Assembly: GCA_024137785.1 (NCBI GenBank)
Contig: JAHRHZ010000068.1
Coordinates: 2,180,928-2,244,927, forward strand
Length of the DNA: 64,000 bases
Direction: 5' to 3'
From: Ginglymostoma cirratum
Taxonomy: Eukaryota
The notes under the pieces are model-generated. The model had not been told where the DNA came from. It saw nothing but the letters and a program-made list of their open reading frames with translations, and made no database searches. The number at the start of each line of letters is the position of its first letter. Position 1 is the stretch's first letter. The position numbers were made by a program, and so were the translations under genes. This document shows positions 23,771 to 37,200 of the stretch, in pieces.

Positions 23771-25689
23771 GGAAAAGCACTACATAGTGGCACAGAATGA
23801 CTATTTTTGCTGTGTGGAAGTACATTTCACTATGTAAAAGTGAAATTTTACACATTCTCTTTCTTTCTATCAAGTAAAAGAGATTTTCTTCCTATTGGTT
23901 TGGGCTGGATTCTTCCATATCTGTCAAAGAGATAACAATTTATTCTGCTACATTTTACAAATTAATTCGTGCTGCCTTTATGTCAAATTTGATTTATCAG
24001 TTTTGCCCATCACCGTCTCTTTCTTGCTGACTCCTCAACCTATGTCTTTCCCTTTAAAATCCGTTTTGCATTTCTTTGTTTCTTGATTGGATCGATTGCT
24101 TTTGATTATTTATGCTCAGCTCTGTACTTTTTGTGTTCCTTCTGTTGCTGTCTCACTTTTGTTTCAATATCTACTACCTTCCCTTTGCATTGATTTAAAG
24201 CAACATGAATAATTGCTGAACACATTTCTGGAAGAAAGCCTGAAGTCAAGTCAGTATCACAGATCGCACTTCAGAAATTGTGATCAACTGCATTATTTTT
24301 AGGAGCATAGAAAATAATTATAACTGAAAGTTACATGAGGACGGCATTTTCAGGTTACATCCTGCGATTCTGGAAACTATGCCAGAAATTCAACAATCTG
24401 CAATTTCTAATAGTTGCAAGTTGGCATGCAGAATTCTTCCAGATTTCTGACAAAGGGCAAAATTGTTGCTCCGTTATGGAGCAAGAACATATGGGTGCAT
24501 AATTTCAAGTCATCAGCTGGTGTACTGGCACCGAACTACTTTGGAGTCATTTTTCTGGAGCCTGGATTGGGGGAATTAAGTAGCTGGTTAAACTAGTTAC
24601 GATGCCAGTTAATACCAAATTAGCAGATTGTTTCCAACATGCTGTGGAGTCAGGATGTACGTTTGCCTTGACCTCAGGGCCCCAGCCAAAAAGTCAAAAA
24701 GCTGCCCAAGGTTTCCCACCACCAGCACTATCTTCAGAAGGTTACTTCTGAACTGTTGGGAATTTATGACAAGATTCCTTCAGAAAAAAGTGCTCATTAA
24801 ACATAGGGCATTGTATCAACATTGATGCATTGTCACATTGCAACAGACTGACAAGTCAAATGTCCCAAATGAGGGCCTGCAGTCAATTGGAAGAAATCCA
24901 GCTGACAGTACTGGTGAAGAACAATATTCTGTTTATTTTATGGATTTAGTATAGATTGCATTTGGACGATACTGTGCATCGTGGACCATTAAAAAATAAT
25001 AATTCTGCATGATGCTATATTTATTTACAACATATTTAATGAGGCATTCCTAAAACAAGATAATTACAATGAATGCTCTTAACATAAAATAATAAAACAT
25101 TTTCATCAATTAACTTGAATCGTTGTTACATTATTTACTTATTCGAAAGGCTGCAGCAGTGTAAGTGTTCTACTTTTCTCTTTGTTAAACAACAGTAAAA
25201 TGCCACTTACTCATATTTTAGGAACTAATTACATTTTCTATTGCCTTACTTTTAAGATCATGTTCCCTATGAACATTGAGTTACAGAATTATGCAACAAA
25301 ACCCGACCATTTGACCATCTATGGCTATACAATGTCAGTTTCCACATGAGCTGCCAGGATGTAATCCAGCTCTCCTAATGACCCACTACAGCCATAACTT
25401 TGCTGTTCTTCAAGGAACTATTGAATGTGTTTTCAATGTAATTTATAAACTTGATTCCAGTTTGTGGCCGAGAACTGGTCATTCCACCTGTCCATTTTCA
25501 GTAAAAGGTTGTCCAAATCACCCTTTTTATCTCTTTTTGTGAACATTTCAATTCTTTCCATCCAAAGATCCTCACACACCAATCAGTGAAAACAACTATC
25601 ACTATTTTCCCTCAATAGACTTGAAGCCTGCGATCAGGCCAATGCTTAACAATGATGGAGCATTGGAAAGCAAAATGTGACTATATATA

Positions 25690-26560
25690 AAGGCGGATAA
25701 CCAGAAGTATGATGAAAGAGTTAAGTTTTGAGAACCGTATTAATGCAACAAAGTAAGGTAGAGACATGGAAAGATTTGAAGTGGTGGAGTTAAAGACTGA
25801 GGAGACATTTCAAATCTCAGTGGTCATATATGCTAAAGAGGGCAGAATTAGATTTGCATTGAGGAGAATTTATGGATTGGAGGAGATTGCAGAGATAGAG
25901 AGGGAAAAATATACAGGGGGTTTTGAAAACAAGGTTGAGATTTTTGAAGTTGAATTTATGATGATCACAAGGTGACATTAGGTTAGATGACCAAGAGCTT
26001 GTTATGTTTTGAAGGTGTATAAAAGAGAAAAAAAGGTGTAGGGAAGGTATTCCACAGCTTGAGGCCTAGGCAATTGAAGGTGCTGCTACGAAAGATATAG
26101 CAATAAAATCAGGGCTGCAAAAGAGGCCAGTCTAGTGCAGATATCACAGAGGATAATGGGCTGGGAAGGATTATCGACATGGTGAAGGGCAAGGTCATGA
26201 AGGGATATGACAAGGATGAGAATTTAAGTGAAACTCAGAAATAAGAGATCGGAGGGAACCCAGAAGCGTACTTGATCACCAGAGGTAACAGTGCAAGAAT
26301 GGGAAGAGAAGTCATTGCTGTTGATTCTCAACTATGATCAGATGGATAAGAATGGAGCCAGATTAGTGTAGGCCCAAACAACTAGATCACAGTTAGGGGA
26401 TGTTGGAGGAGGATGGTGTGGTCAATTGTATCAAAGACTGAAGAAGGATGAGGAGAGATATTTACCAATGTCACAGGCACACAGATGTTATTTGTGACCT
26501 TGATTAGAGCTGTTTTGCTATTGTAGCAGGGTGTAAACCTTATTGAATAGAATCAAATCT
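25690..26560 (-). mobile_element. L2 LINE fragments (two tandem 3' segments plus an RT piece)
   Basis: gggaaggtattccacagcttgaggcctaggcaattgaagg and aacaagg(a/t)tgaga(a/t)ttt are antisense to sequence like 11430-11885. gtgtggtcaattgtatcaaagactg is antisense to (A)FDTIDH. Confidence 0.65.
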
Positions 26561-27594
26561 GAAGTCTGTGGAAAAATGCGAGTAAAAATTCCCCAAATAT
26601 TTTCTGAATCTACCACAATTCTCGTTTTCTAGAATTGATTGATTGAGCCAAAAGGCAAACTAGTTACTATTGTGGAAAAATGTAACAAATTTCCTTCTTT
26701 TGAACAGATTTGGAAGGTCAGGAACACTCTTCAGAATGGGTACTTCCACAAACTCTAACTTGCACTCCCAGAGAGTATATATTCTGCAAATTTAAACACT
26801 TGAGCAAAAATCTCAACTCTGGAATTTGATTTCATGGTAATTTTATTGCCATATTCACTACATAAGTAGTTCAATGTCATGCATGAATATTGATTTGGGT
26901 ATAATTTACCATCAGATCATGTCACTCAAATGTGTCACTCCGATTGTCAGAACATGTAAAAGTCTTAAAGCTTCTCTCCATTGATAGGAAAATTACTTTG
27001 AAGAAGTTATAAGTATGTCAAGGTCTGAATCTTAGCTTATTAATCTCAACCTCCACTTGATACTTTTGTAACCAAAAACATTCATATGCACTTTAACGCA
27101 AGTAACCTAAAGGTGGGGGTAAAACATTAATAAAACGTAAAATGTTGAAGGATTTTGCACCAATTTAGAAAGTACTGAAGCATTATGTTTAAGTATGTCA
27201 TTTCACTGGCTAGAGGTAGCAACTCAGGATATATGTGTGTTTTTGAAAGCATATGCCCAGTTAAGGTCCTCGCATACCATGAAAGGTATCTTTCAGACAT
27301 CCCGATGGCCTGACTATATAATAATTGTCCAGGAACTTAAAACTCTAGTTGGCATTTATCTAGCATCTGGAACTCTCTAAAAAACATCTCCAACTCTGAA
27401 TTTCAATCAAAGACTTTGGAGGGTTGTAACTCACTTAGCTGGATGGTTACCCAGGAGAAAATATAGAGGGATTAAAACCTGTTTGAACCCATGGGTAATT
27501 ATACTACTGACTTATCAATCATTCACATTGATTCCTTGAGACCCAATCCCCACCCCTCCCTAATACCTGCCTGCCCCCAATGGGACATCAGATA

Positions 27595-27730
27595 TAAAAA
27601 ACAAAAGAACCGCAGATGCTGTAAATCAGAAACAAAAGCAGAAATTACTGGAAAAGCTCAGCAGGTCTAGTATCATCTGGGAGAGAAGTCAGAGTTAATG
27701 TTTCAGGTCCAATGACCCTTCCTCAGAACT
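27595..27730 (-). repeat. Penelope-derived short repeat with hammerhead-like core
   Basis: Minus strand reads CTGAGGA-AGGGTC-ATTG-GACCT-GAAACATTAAC. Confidence 0.7.
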
Positions 27731-28229
27731 TCATACATCTCTGCCAACGTTATCAACATGTAACCCCCAAAGCAATCCAAAGCAACCTCCAATATCTGAC
27801 TGCCAACCTATCCCCTCAACCATTTAACTGCCAGGCTTACCCCCCTGGCATCTTACCCACCTGTCACCCTATGCCCCAGAATCACTCACCTGCAACTCCG
27901 TCCCTTACCATCTGCCACCCAAATCCCTGTACCCCAGCACTCCACTTACCTACCTACTCTCTTCACCTTCACTGAACTGCCAGTCTACCCACTTTCTCAG
28001 TGCCACTCTATCCACCTCACCCACTTATTCAGCTGCTACCTTATCTTTTAGCCACATAGCTTACACTCCTACCTTCTCTCTGTAGCTTTTCAAAGAGGCT
28101 TCGTGAGTTCTAAACTGGGTTTACTTTCCAGGATATGGCAGTTGTGTCTTAACAAGAGGGTATGCCTTCAGCAAAGATTCACTCTGATGCTCTCTGTGTG
28201 GTTTATAAGAACTAACAATAACATTGGAT

Positions 28230-29480
28230 CCAAATCAGAGTCGTTTAAGTTGCTGTAAAAGATAGGAAGCCTAGAGACTAGATGCAGTTTAGAATTCAGC
28301 AAAGAAAGACCAAGAGGTTGATTAAAAGAGGAAAAATAGGGTGAGCAATAACTTGCAAGGTACATAAAGACTGTAAAAACTTCTATAAGTATGCAAAAGA
28401 AAGTTGAAGACAAATGTAGGCTCTCTCAGTCTGAAATGTGAAAGTTGAGGATGTAACTAATAGAATAGATGTGGGAGAACCAGTGGACGTGGTTTATTTG
28501 GATTTTCAGAAAGCTTTTGTCAAAGTCCTGTATGTAAGGTTATTGTTCAAAATCAAAGCATATGGGATCGGTGGTAAGATATTGGCATGGATTGAGAATT
28601 GGTCAGAGGACAGGAGTAAATATAAATGGGTTAATTTTGGAATGGATGGTTGTGGAAAATGAGGTATCACAGGGATTAATGTTTTTGGGCCTCAGTGATT
28701 CAAAATATATGTAAATGATTTGGATGAGGGAATTAAGTGTGATACATCCAAATTTGCTGATGATACCAATCAAGTTGAGAGTGTAAGTGGTGAAGAGGAT
28801 GCTTCAAGATGTTTTAGATAAATTGAGGGAGTCAGCAGATTCAGCGTAACATGGAGAACTGTGAATTTGCTCACTTCAGTGGGAAAAACGGAGTAGTATT
28901 TAAAGGGTGATAGGTAGGGAAACGTTGTTATACACAGGAACCTGAACGTCCTTAGGAAGCATGCAGATGCAGCAAGTAGTTGGGAAGGCAAAGCTTATGT
29001 GGCCTTCATTGTAAGGAAAGCTTTCTGTTGCTGCAGAGGGCCTTGGTGAGCCGCATTCCCTTTAATTTTCTTCCCAGTTGCACAAGCCTCAAAGATCCAT
29101 GCATGGCAATGACTTCCAGAAGTGGTGTGCAGACAATGATTGGTCGATGTGGAGCCTTGGAGCAGTTGTACAGATGTACAGCCTAGAGGGAACATTGTTG
29201 GTGAGACAACACCTGGAGAATTGTGTACAGTATTAGTTTCCTTAACTAAGAAAACGTATATTTTCCACCAAGATAATGCCGTGAATATTCACCAGGCTGA
29301 TTCCTGAAAGGCAGGTGTTGAATATATTTAAGAAAGAAATAGATTTTTAGAAGATAAAGGTGTCAAGAGTTCTGTGAAGAGAGTGGCAATATAATGTTGT
29401 GATAAAGGATCAGTCATGATCATGTTGAAATACGGTCAGGTTTGATGGGCTAAATTGCCTAGTCTTGTGTCTTTTTTCTG
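28230..29480 (+). mobile_element. CR1 LINE ORF2 and 3' UTR, internally deleted, interrupted by a MITE
   Basis: ORF 28438: DVGEPVDVVYLDFQKAFVKV..KIKAYGIGGKILAWIENW. tccaaatttgctgatgatacc encodes SKFADDT. Confidence 0.9.
29051..29197. mobile_element. hAT-type MITE with 8-bp TSD
   Basis: TTGGTGAG is duplicated exactly at 29043-29050 and 29198-29205. Imperfect TIRs CCGCATTCCCTTTA / TAGAGGGAACATTG. Confidence 0.8.
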
Positions 29481-30029
29481 TGTTTTACTGCATTGTGTGT
29501 GCAGGAATGGATCCTGCAGACTTAAAAATTAGTTTGAAGGTAACTTTTTCTCTGACCTGGATTTAGAATCGGGATTCCAACCCAGATCAGAAGCTTTGTG
29601 CCATAGATCTAAATCATGGGAATTTTCCTGGTGCTTATCCCTTCAGTTTCTGTCATTGTATTACTCGAATGTTCAACAAAACAGGACAGAAAATAATTTG
29701 CAAAATATGTGATGACTTTAGAGCAATAATGCGCTTCCAGTAATTTGACATCAATCAGTTGAATTATTAGCATTTCTAGACTTCATTGTTTGAATCTCTA
29801 ATTTGCAATTTATTTTGGAATGTTATTTTCATTAATAAATGCCAAACCGACTCCCTGTATTGTGAAATTTCATAGGCAATAAATGCCTACTTTAACCCAA
29901 CTAGCTTGATCTCATCAATTTCTTTTTAACAAGCATAGCAACTTCAAAAAACCTGTTGCGGTTTTGCCACGATGGATTTCAGGTGTGGAAAAAATACCCT
30001 TCAAACTGAGATTGAAGTGAAAGCATAAC

Positions 30030-30600
30030 TATGTCTGATGTGAAATAAAAGCAGTAAATGCTGGAAATATTCAATTGATCTGGCAGAAATACAATGGACA
30101 TCTTAGGTCTTTGACCTCTTGCCTGTCTTAGGAAAAGGTAGGAAATGTAGTAGACTTTGTAACACGACAAGGGGAAGCATGGAAATAAAAACAAAAAAGG
30201 AAGGTTTGTAATATAATGTGTAATGGGAAATAATACAGGTTAAAAGGTGCAAGGCCAAGGGATTAGTAATGGAACAAGTGGTAAAAAAGCAAAAGCTGTG
30301 TCTTGAAGGAGTATGATTGGGAAGATGATGAATGGCAGCTATGTAAAAGCAAATAAAGGGGAAGAACAGAAAAATTAAACAAACCAGCAAAGAACATGGG
30401 GGCCGATCTTATGATCTAAATTTTTTGAGCTCATGCTTTAGGCTTTGGAATTCCAAGTCTAAATATTAGGTGCTGTTGCTCAAGCTTGCATTGATTGTCT
30501 TTGGAAGATTGCAGGAGGCTATTTAAAAAAAGGACAAGAGCGTGAACAAGATGGAGAATACAAGTGACTTTAGATTTCCAGCATCCATTCTGTGTTACTA
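30030..30600 (-). mobile_element. Penelope-derived longer repeat, degenerate
   Basis: aaataaaagcagtaaatgctggaaatattcaattgatctggcag.. at the left, then a purine-rich body, then an inverted short segment tttagatttccagcatc at the right. Confidence 0.5.
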
Positions 30601-32874
30601 TTTGCTAAATCTGATATGACCTCACTTCTTCCCAATGACAATATCAGCCAGCTTTTGGACAATTGACACTACTTGCGTAACTTGCAATTTATTTCAGATT
30701 TACAACTTCCTAGTATTTTCCTTTTACAGAACTGTTCTTTGACGAGTTTCATTCAATTAGCACAATTTTATTGATGCAAAAGCAGCAGTGTAATTAGAGA
30801 TTTAGAACCAGGAAAGCAGTGATATATGTGATCATCATGAGAACATCATAATGAATATATTGGACTTCAAGTAACTCTAATTTAGTGAAGTGGAATTTTA
30901 AAAAGAACCTGTGGCATTGGGCCAAAACATGTTCTCCAAATTGATCAAATCCAGGCAATCCATGGATTCTGTCCTGTAACCTTTTTGCATGTCATTTGGT
31001 AAGTAAGTTGGAACACAACGCAGGATAATATAAAAGAACTATTTGTAAATACAGGAAGTATTTACATCTCTGATCTTTAAAGCTACATCCCTGTGCAAGA
31101 TTGCATTTTTAAGTCTGAGTGTTTGTAAATCAAACTATCGTAATCAGGGACCCACTGTAATAATAAATTGCATGTTTAACACTGTTTTGAGTACTGAAGG
31201 CTGTTTACAGAGACATCAGCAGGTTGATTTAAAATCACATTTGTATTAAACATACATTAATTTTTTTATGTTATTGATAAGTAGAAACCAATTAGTACAT
31301 CACATTTCAATTTCATTTCGATATCTAATACTGTAAAAGTACAGAAAAGGAACAGTGATACATATGACAGTCTGCCATCATTTAGAAAGCTTTTATGTAC
31401 TAAAGCTGAGTCATGAGGGAACTGATACAAAGATAACCTTACATAAATTGGCAAGAAAATGGGAATCTTCAGAACCATATCAGTATTTGACGAAAGCCTC
31501 TTAGTGAAACTTAGAGTGACAGATAACAGTATACCTTAAAGATCATTACACTTAGCACATCTGGGACTTTTAAGTGAACAGACAGTGAGAGCCCTAATAC
31601 CTAATTGTATTTGGAGAATGTGTGAGTGAAACCCTATTCCTGTTGTTTTGTACTGATCATAGACAAAAGGATTCATTTTAGAAGGCTTTGCATTTGGAGT
31701 GAGGTGGAGTTTGACATGAGTAGTTACCTTACTGTAGCGATCATTTGTAAATTTGATCTTGTTTTATTTCCAAAATCTGATTTTGATGAAGAAAATTGTC
31801 CTATTCAGCTGAATATCTTTCAAAGATCAATATGGGAAATATTGACATGAATACCAACTTGAGGAATTCCATGCTGAATATGAATAGATTGGTTAGTGTT
31901 TGGTCTTTAGTTACTTCATTTGTTCAATTTATTTTTCATTTAATCATACCGATTACAGAACTAAGATGGAAAACTGCAAGTTTAGTGTTTAAAAAAAGTG
32001 GGATAAATTTTAATTTTGGACATGACCTGCTGACTATACCAACCAGTTGCCAATTCTGACACCAAAGAGCTTCATTGGTTTTGACTGACAAATGTAGCAA
32101 ATCTATTTTGGTAGACAGGATCAGCCAGGTAGGATACTGGGGGCAGCTGCAGGTGGATTTGAGAGACAGCAAGGTAATTTCCTTCTAGCCCCACAAAAAT
32201 GTAGAAAGACATAGTTGTTGGAGTATTTTTCAGACGTAGTGTGTGTTGTGCTGTTTAATGCAGTACTCTCCAAAACGAAAATAATATTTGAAGTCTCTTA
32301 TGCATCGTAGCCTTTAAATTGCATTTTGATTGGGTGTCTTGATTGACTTGTGGTAGGAAGTAGCAAGTAACAATGGCCATAATTACAGCAGCATTGGAGT
32401 AAGTCATTCCCAAATATTTTTGGGTCACCAATATTTAATTTCTGCTGAGAGAGGTCTCAAAATTTTGTGCAATATTTTTAATTTATGAAGAAATCTCCTA
32501 ACCTCAATTAGGACATTTAAGTGGCACGCATTAGTGAAATGCAGCTCTTGTGGTGTCAGCCAGCTCAATTGGTTTCCTCAATGATCTACAAATCAATAAA
32601 GAACTTACACGTAAAAATGCCAGGTGCTGATTTATACTCACTTTCATAGGGCCTGCCCAACAAAATAATCATATAAATGTTCTAAGTAAGGCAGGGCATC
32701 TTTATGTCTGCCTTAATGAATTGTTTGTGATCCTTTTTTATTGATGGTGTTTCTTTTTGTGTTAGGGATGGTTTTTTTATATGAACACACATTGGACACT
32801 TTGTTCCTTCTCAACATTTAGTCAGATCTAGGACATTTCTTCTACAGTTGTATACCCATTGGAAGATATTCGTG

Positions 32875-33330
32875 AGGGGAGGTGAGAGTGACTGCCCTTG
32901 ACATTAAAGGTGCATTTGATTCAGTGTGAAATTCAGGGGCCCTAACAAGACTGTAGTCAATGGAAACAAGCAAAACTGTCTACTGGTTGGAGTCGTACCT
33001 GGCACAAAGAAAGATGGATATGATCTTTGGAGGTCTGTCCTCTCAGCTGCAAAACATCTCTGTGGGAGTTCTCAGGGTAGTGTCCTCGAACCCGCAACCA
33101 CCTTCACCTGCTTCATCAATTACCTTCTCTATCATAAGGTCAGAAATGGAGGTGTTTGCTGATGACTGTACATTATCCAGTACCATTAGTGTCTCCTCAA
33201 ATATTACACTGTTCAAATGTTGCAAGATCTGCACAGTATCCAGGATTGGACTGAAAAATGGCAAGTACCAGTTGTCTCATGGAAGTGCCAGACAATGACC
33301 ATCTTCAACAAGAGACAATATAATGATGGC
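32875..33330 (+). mobile_element. CR1-like LINE RT core fragment
   Basis: ALDIKGAFDSV, WLESYLAQRK, GSSQGSVL..FTCFIN and EVFADDCTL occur across frameshifts. Confidence 0.85.
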
Positions 33331-34539
33331 CTGAGCATCTTTGTGCCTAATTTCTTCTAACTGCTGCAGCTGACCTTTGCCACTTTAGTGAGGTAGATGC
33401 TTATCACTACATCAAAAATATCATTGATGGTTTATTCAGAAATGCTCCACAATTTATGTCCTTCTCAATTAAAGAAAACTAACACAGCGAGGGAAGAATT
33501 CACCAATTCTCTAAAGGGTCTCACAAATGTAGAAAATAATTGTTAGAAAATGTGTAGCACTCAAAGCTCTGTAAGACAATTCATGATGGTTCATTGACTT
33601 AGTGTTGTCGAGTAAGACTGAGGATCGTGACTACTGATGTCCTTCAATATCCATAGTTTATTTTTTGCAGATATTTGTTATACAAAGTGCAAGGAATCAT
33701 CTTTGTGCTTCAATTATTTTGATTGTAAATCAGCTGGAATGCATTTTTGATTTTGCAGATTTTCCCTTTTTTCTTTTTGCTAAACTTGTTATAATTTGTT
33801 CCATTTTTCATTTTACCGTACATGTTTATTTCTAAACTTGTGAAGTATTCAGTTGTGTGCATGTTCAAATTTATGATATTGATTTCTAAAAATAATATTC
33901 CTCATGCTTTTTTATTTTTTTCTTCTATTTTTAAGAGCTTAAATTGTGGTCTAGGCAATGCTTGTTGCCACATGAAAGGAAAATGAAAAGAGAGAAAATG
34001 TCAATTATGAAACTCCTGTTTCTTCGTGCAGAGAAGACCCAGATCAATAGGCTGTTTAATTAATGTTTGAGTATAGTCAGTTAGAAATCAAAAAGCTGCA
34101 ATATTCGAGTAGAATTAAAGCTTTTCAATATATTGATATAAAGAAGATTACTCATCTCCATGGTGAGTGTTTGTACTCCACAGCCACATTAAATGTCTTT
34201 CTTTGTGCTATCTTTTCCCCTCCCTCACACAGCCCTTACCTCTTGCTTGCTGTTTTATGTCAGCTTCACTCTACTTTTCTGTCAATCTTTTATTCCCATT
34301 TTCAACATCTGACATTGATCATTAAAAGCTTCTTTGCTCTTACAGTTGTAGCTGAATTTTTCAATGGCAGTTCAGCTGCCTATTCTTTTGATAAGCTGGC
34401 TGAATCTTTGTCAGGCTGTCAAACTGGTTTTAAATTCCTCATGCAGGATAACATATACTTGCTGCATTTTGCTAAAGCTTTTAGATAAAATGTGTTTTAA
34501 AAGAACGAAAGAAATAAGAGGAAGGGAAGACAGTATGGG

Positions 34540-36030
34540 GACTCTCTGTTCTGCCACTTGATAAAATCCAGGCTGATCTGATTGGCCTCAGCTCTAATTT
34601 TCTGCCTGTTCCGCATTGCCCTCTCTTTTATCGATTAAAAATCTGTTCAAATCAATCTTGAGTTGTTTCATACCTAAGCTTCTACAGCTCTCTGGGATAG
34701 CAAATTCAGCTTCATATACTTTATGAGAGAACAAAATTTCTCCTCATCTCCATCTTAAATGAGCAACCGCTTGTTCTGAAATTAAGATAACTAGGGGAAA
34801 CATGCTCTCGACATCCACCATATAAAGATATTTTAGTATTTTATAAGTTTTAATCAGATGACTTGTCAACCTTCTAAATTCCAAGGAGTATGGTGTGATG
34901 TAGGGTGTGAAAACGGCATTTGTGTTAAGTTTAGATCTTTGAATTTTGAAATTATATCATATGGGGTTTGTTCTGCATGTCGGAAGAGTGTAATGATTAA
35001 CTTATAGGTATTTCTGTAATAACGGTAATTTCATTTAAACCATCTTCAGGGAGTAGCTTTCTAAACTAATGGATTTTTGAAAAATTGCTTTGGGAGGGTT
35101 TACAACAATTGCACATTAAGTTTCTGTTAGAAAATTATGGAATTATTTTTAAACTGTGTGGAAAACACCCATTTGCTTGGCGAGAAAGTAGTTTTGGACC
35201 GGCCTTGAGAAGTCCTTGGATGAAGATACATGTGTAAAGCCCCTGACAAGAGGAAAAGATAGGAAAGCTAGATTACCTTAGTGTAAAGGGTTTAGTAAGA
35301 GTGCCAGACCAGAAGTGTTTGGACAGAACAAAGGAGAGGTTATTTAAAGCTGAGAATTTTAAAACTTAGAGTATGAACTCTCTAGGGAAAGGCTACTCGA
35401 TTTTCCAGACTAGAAGTTGAAGTCACAGTTAACTTAAGCCTATCAAGGTGTTAGAAAAACTTTTTTTTTCTGGCACATGTATTGTACAAGAAGTGCTTTG
35501 TGGTACCATTAAAACAGTGTTTTGGAATTAATGGGATTATATTTCCTCTATGTATTTCAAAATTTTTAAAGGCATCCTATGTGCAAATTGTTTGCAAAAG
35601 CTATTTCATCTTCATTTTCTTTGCATAATTAACTTCAATTTTATTGTTAAAACCAAATCTGCAACAATGCATCTCCATCTTCAATGAGAACCATCTCATT
35701 AAAACTAAAACAAAATAAAGTATGATCTATCAAGTCAAATTTCAGACTGGGACATGACTTTTTCAGTAATAACTTCAGATGGGACCATAATGACTGGCCC
35801 AAACTATGAAGCCTTGCTGCATAAGATCATCACTTCATCCCAGGAATCAACCTCATGAACATTTTCTAAACTGTCTCCAATGCAAGTATGTGCCTCCTTA
35901 AATACAGAGATCAAATTTGTATTCAGTGCAGCAGCTGTGGTCTCTACAATGCCCTTTCCTATGTTTAAACTTCACCCTTGCAATTATGGTCAATGTTCAA
36001 TTTGCCTTTCTAATTACTTGCTGCACCTGC
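34540..36030 (-). mobile_element. CR1 3' fragment split by an insertion (34540-34893 and 35793-36030)
   Basis: cttctaaattccaaggagta resumes as actggcccaaac..cttaaatacagagatcaaatttgtattcagtg, antisense to the CR1 ORF2 C-terminus. Confidence 0.6.
34894..35792 (+). mobile_element. Probable solo LTR inserted in CR1
   Basis: A ~900 bp non-coding insert beginning TGTGATG and ending CATAA(TG) that interrupts a colinear CR1. No clear TSD. Confidence 0.45.
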
Positions 36031-36529
36031 ATGCATTTAAAAAAAAATGTATACGAGGAGGATAGGAAGATAAGCCTTAGGAGCAGGAATAAAACATTTA
36101 CTCCTTTGAGCCTGCTCCACCATTTAATGACCTCAAATTCTCCTAGCTAATACTCCATTTTTAACCACTCTTATAACTATTTAAACCCCTTTGCAGACTA
36201 TGCGGCTAAATTAATAAAGCCGCAACCTTGGCCTTTCTAAACGACTACTCTCACTATCTCTGTTCAAGATCTCCATCATGTTTAGTTTGTTCAGAATTAC
36301 AATCCAGAACATTTTGGCTGGTTGTAGTTTGAATTTCAATCCTTTAGTCTTTTCCTCGAGAGAGATTTGGCAAATCATGCACAAATAAGAGAACAAAAAG
36401 CTAAGAATTATAGAAAATGGAAAGATTTAAAAGAAAAAGGAATGGAAGTGCATTATCAACAGGACGCATTATAAGTACAGAAAGCTGGAAATAATTTCTA
36501 ATCTTTTCAAAAAGAAACACCTTATGAGG

Positions 36530-37200
36530 CTGCAGAAGAACACGTCCCCATCTACATCAATGGAAGTGAGGTTGAGAGGGTGAAAAGCATCAAGTTCCTA
36601 CGAGTGACAATAACTGACGACCTGTCCTGGACTTCCCACATAGATGCAACAGTCCAGAAGGTGAAGTAATGCCTCTTCTTTCTCAGGTGGCTCAGGAAAT
36701 TTGGCATGTCCATAAAGCCCCTCACCAACTTCTACAGAGGCACCTTTGAAAGCATACTATCTGGGCGCATAACAGCCTGGTATGGCAACTGCTCTACCCA
36801 AGACCTAAAGATACTACAGAAGGTTGTGTGCACAGCCCAGGCCATCATGGAAGCCAACCTTCCAGCCATGGACCCTACTTACACGGCTCACTGACGTAGA
36901 AAGGTGGCCAACATCATTAAAGACCCTTGTACCTTGGTAATGATCTCCTACAACCTCTTCTGTCAGACAGAAGCCTGAACACACACACAGGCAGGTTCAG
37001 GTACAGTTCCTTGCCAACCATTATCCAACTGTTGAATGGACTGTAGCCTCAAACGATGTAACCTGCAACGTAACCTGTATGCCTCTAAGTCTTTTTTATC
37101 TGAACATCCTTTGCTTGCTGTGATCTGCTTGTACCATTAATAAACAAAGCTTTTCACTGTATTTTGATACAAGTGACAATAAAATCAATCAATATAAAAT
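36530..37200 (+). mobile_element. Rex1/Babar LINE, 5'-truncated 3' end
   Basis: PIYINGSEVERVKSIKFLRVTITDDLSWTSHI and LTNFYRGTFESILSGRITAWYGNCSTQD.K.LQKVV (DUF1891-like). Tail GTGACAATAAAA(TCAA)n. Confidence 0.9.

Noticed and set aside
31960-32174. Exon-like segment with two donor-like sites
   Set aside because: The frame compatible with the upstream phase-1 exon hits a stop at ~32057, and the acceptor is weak.
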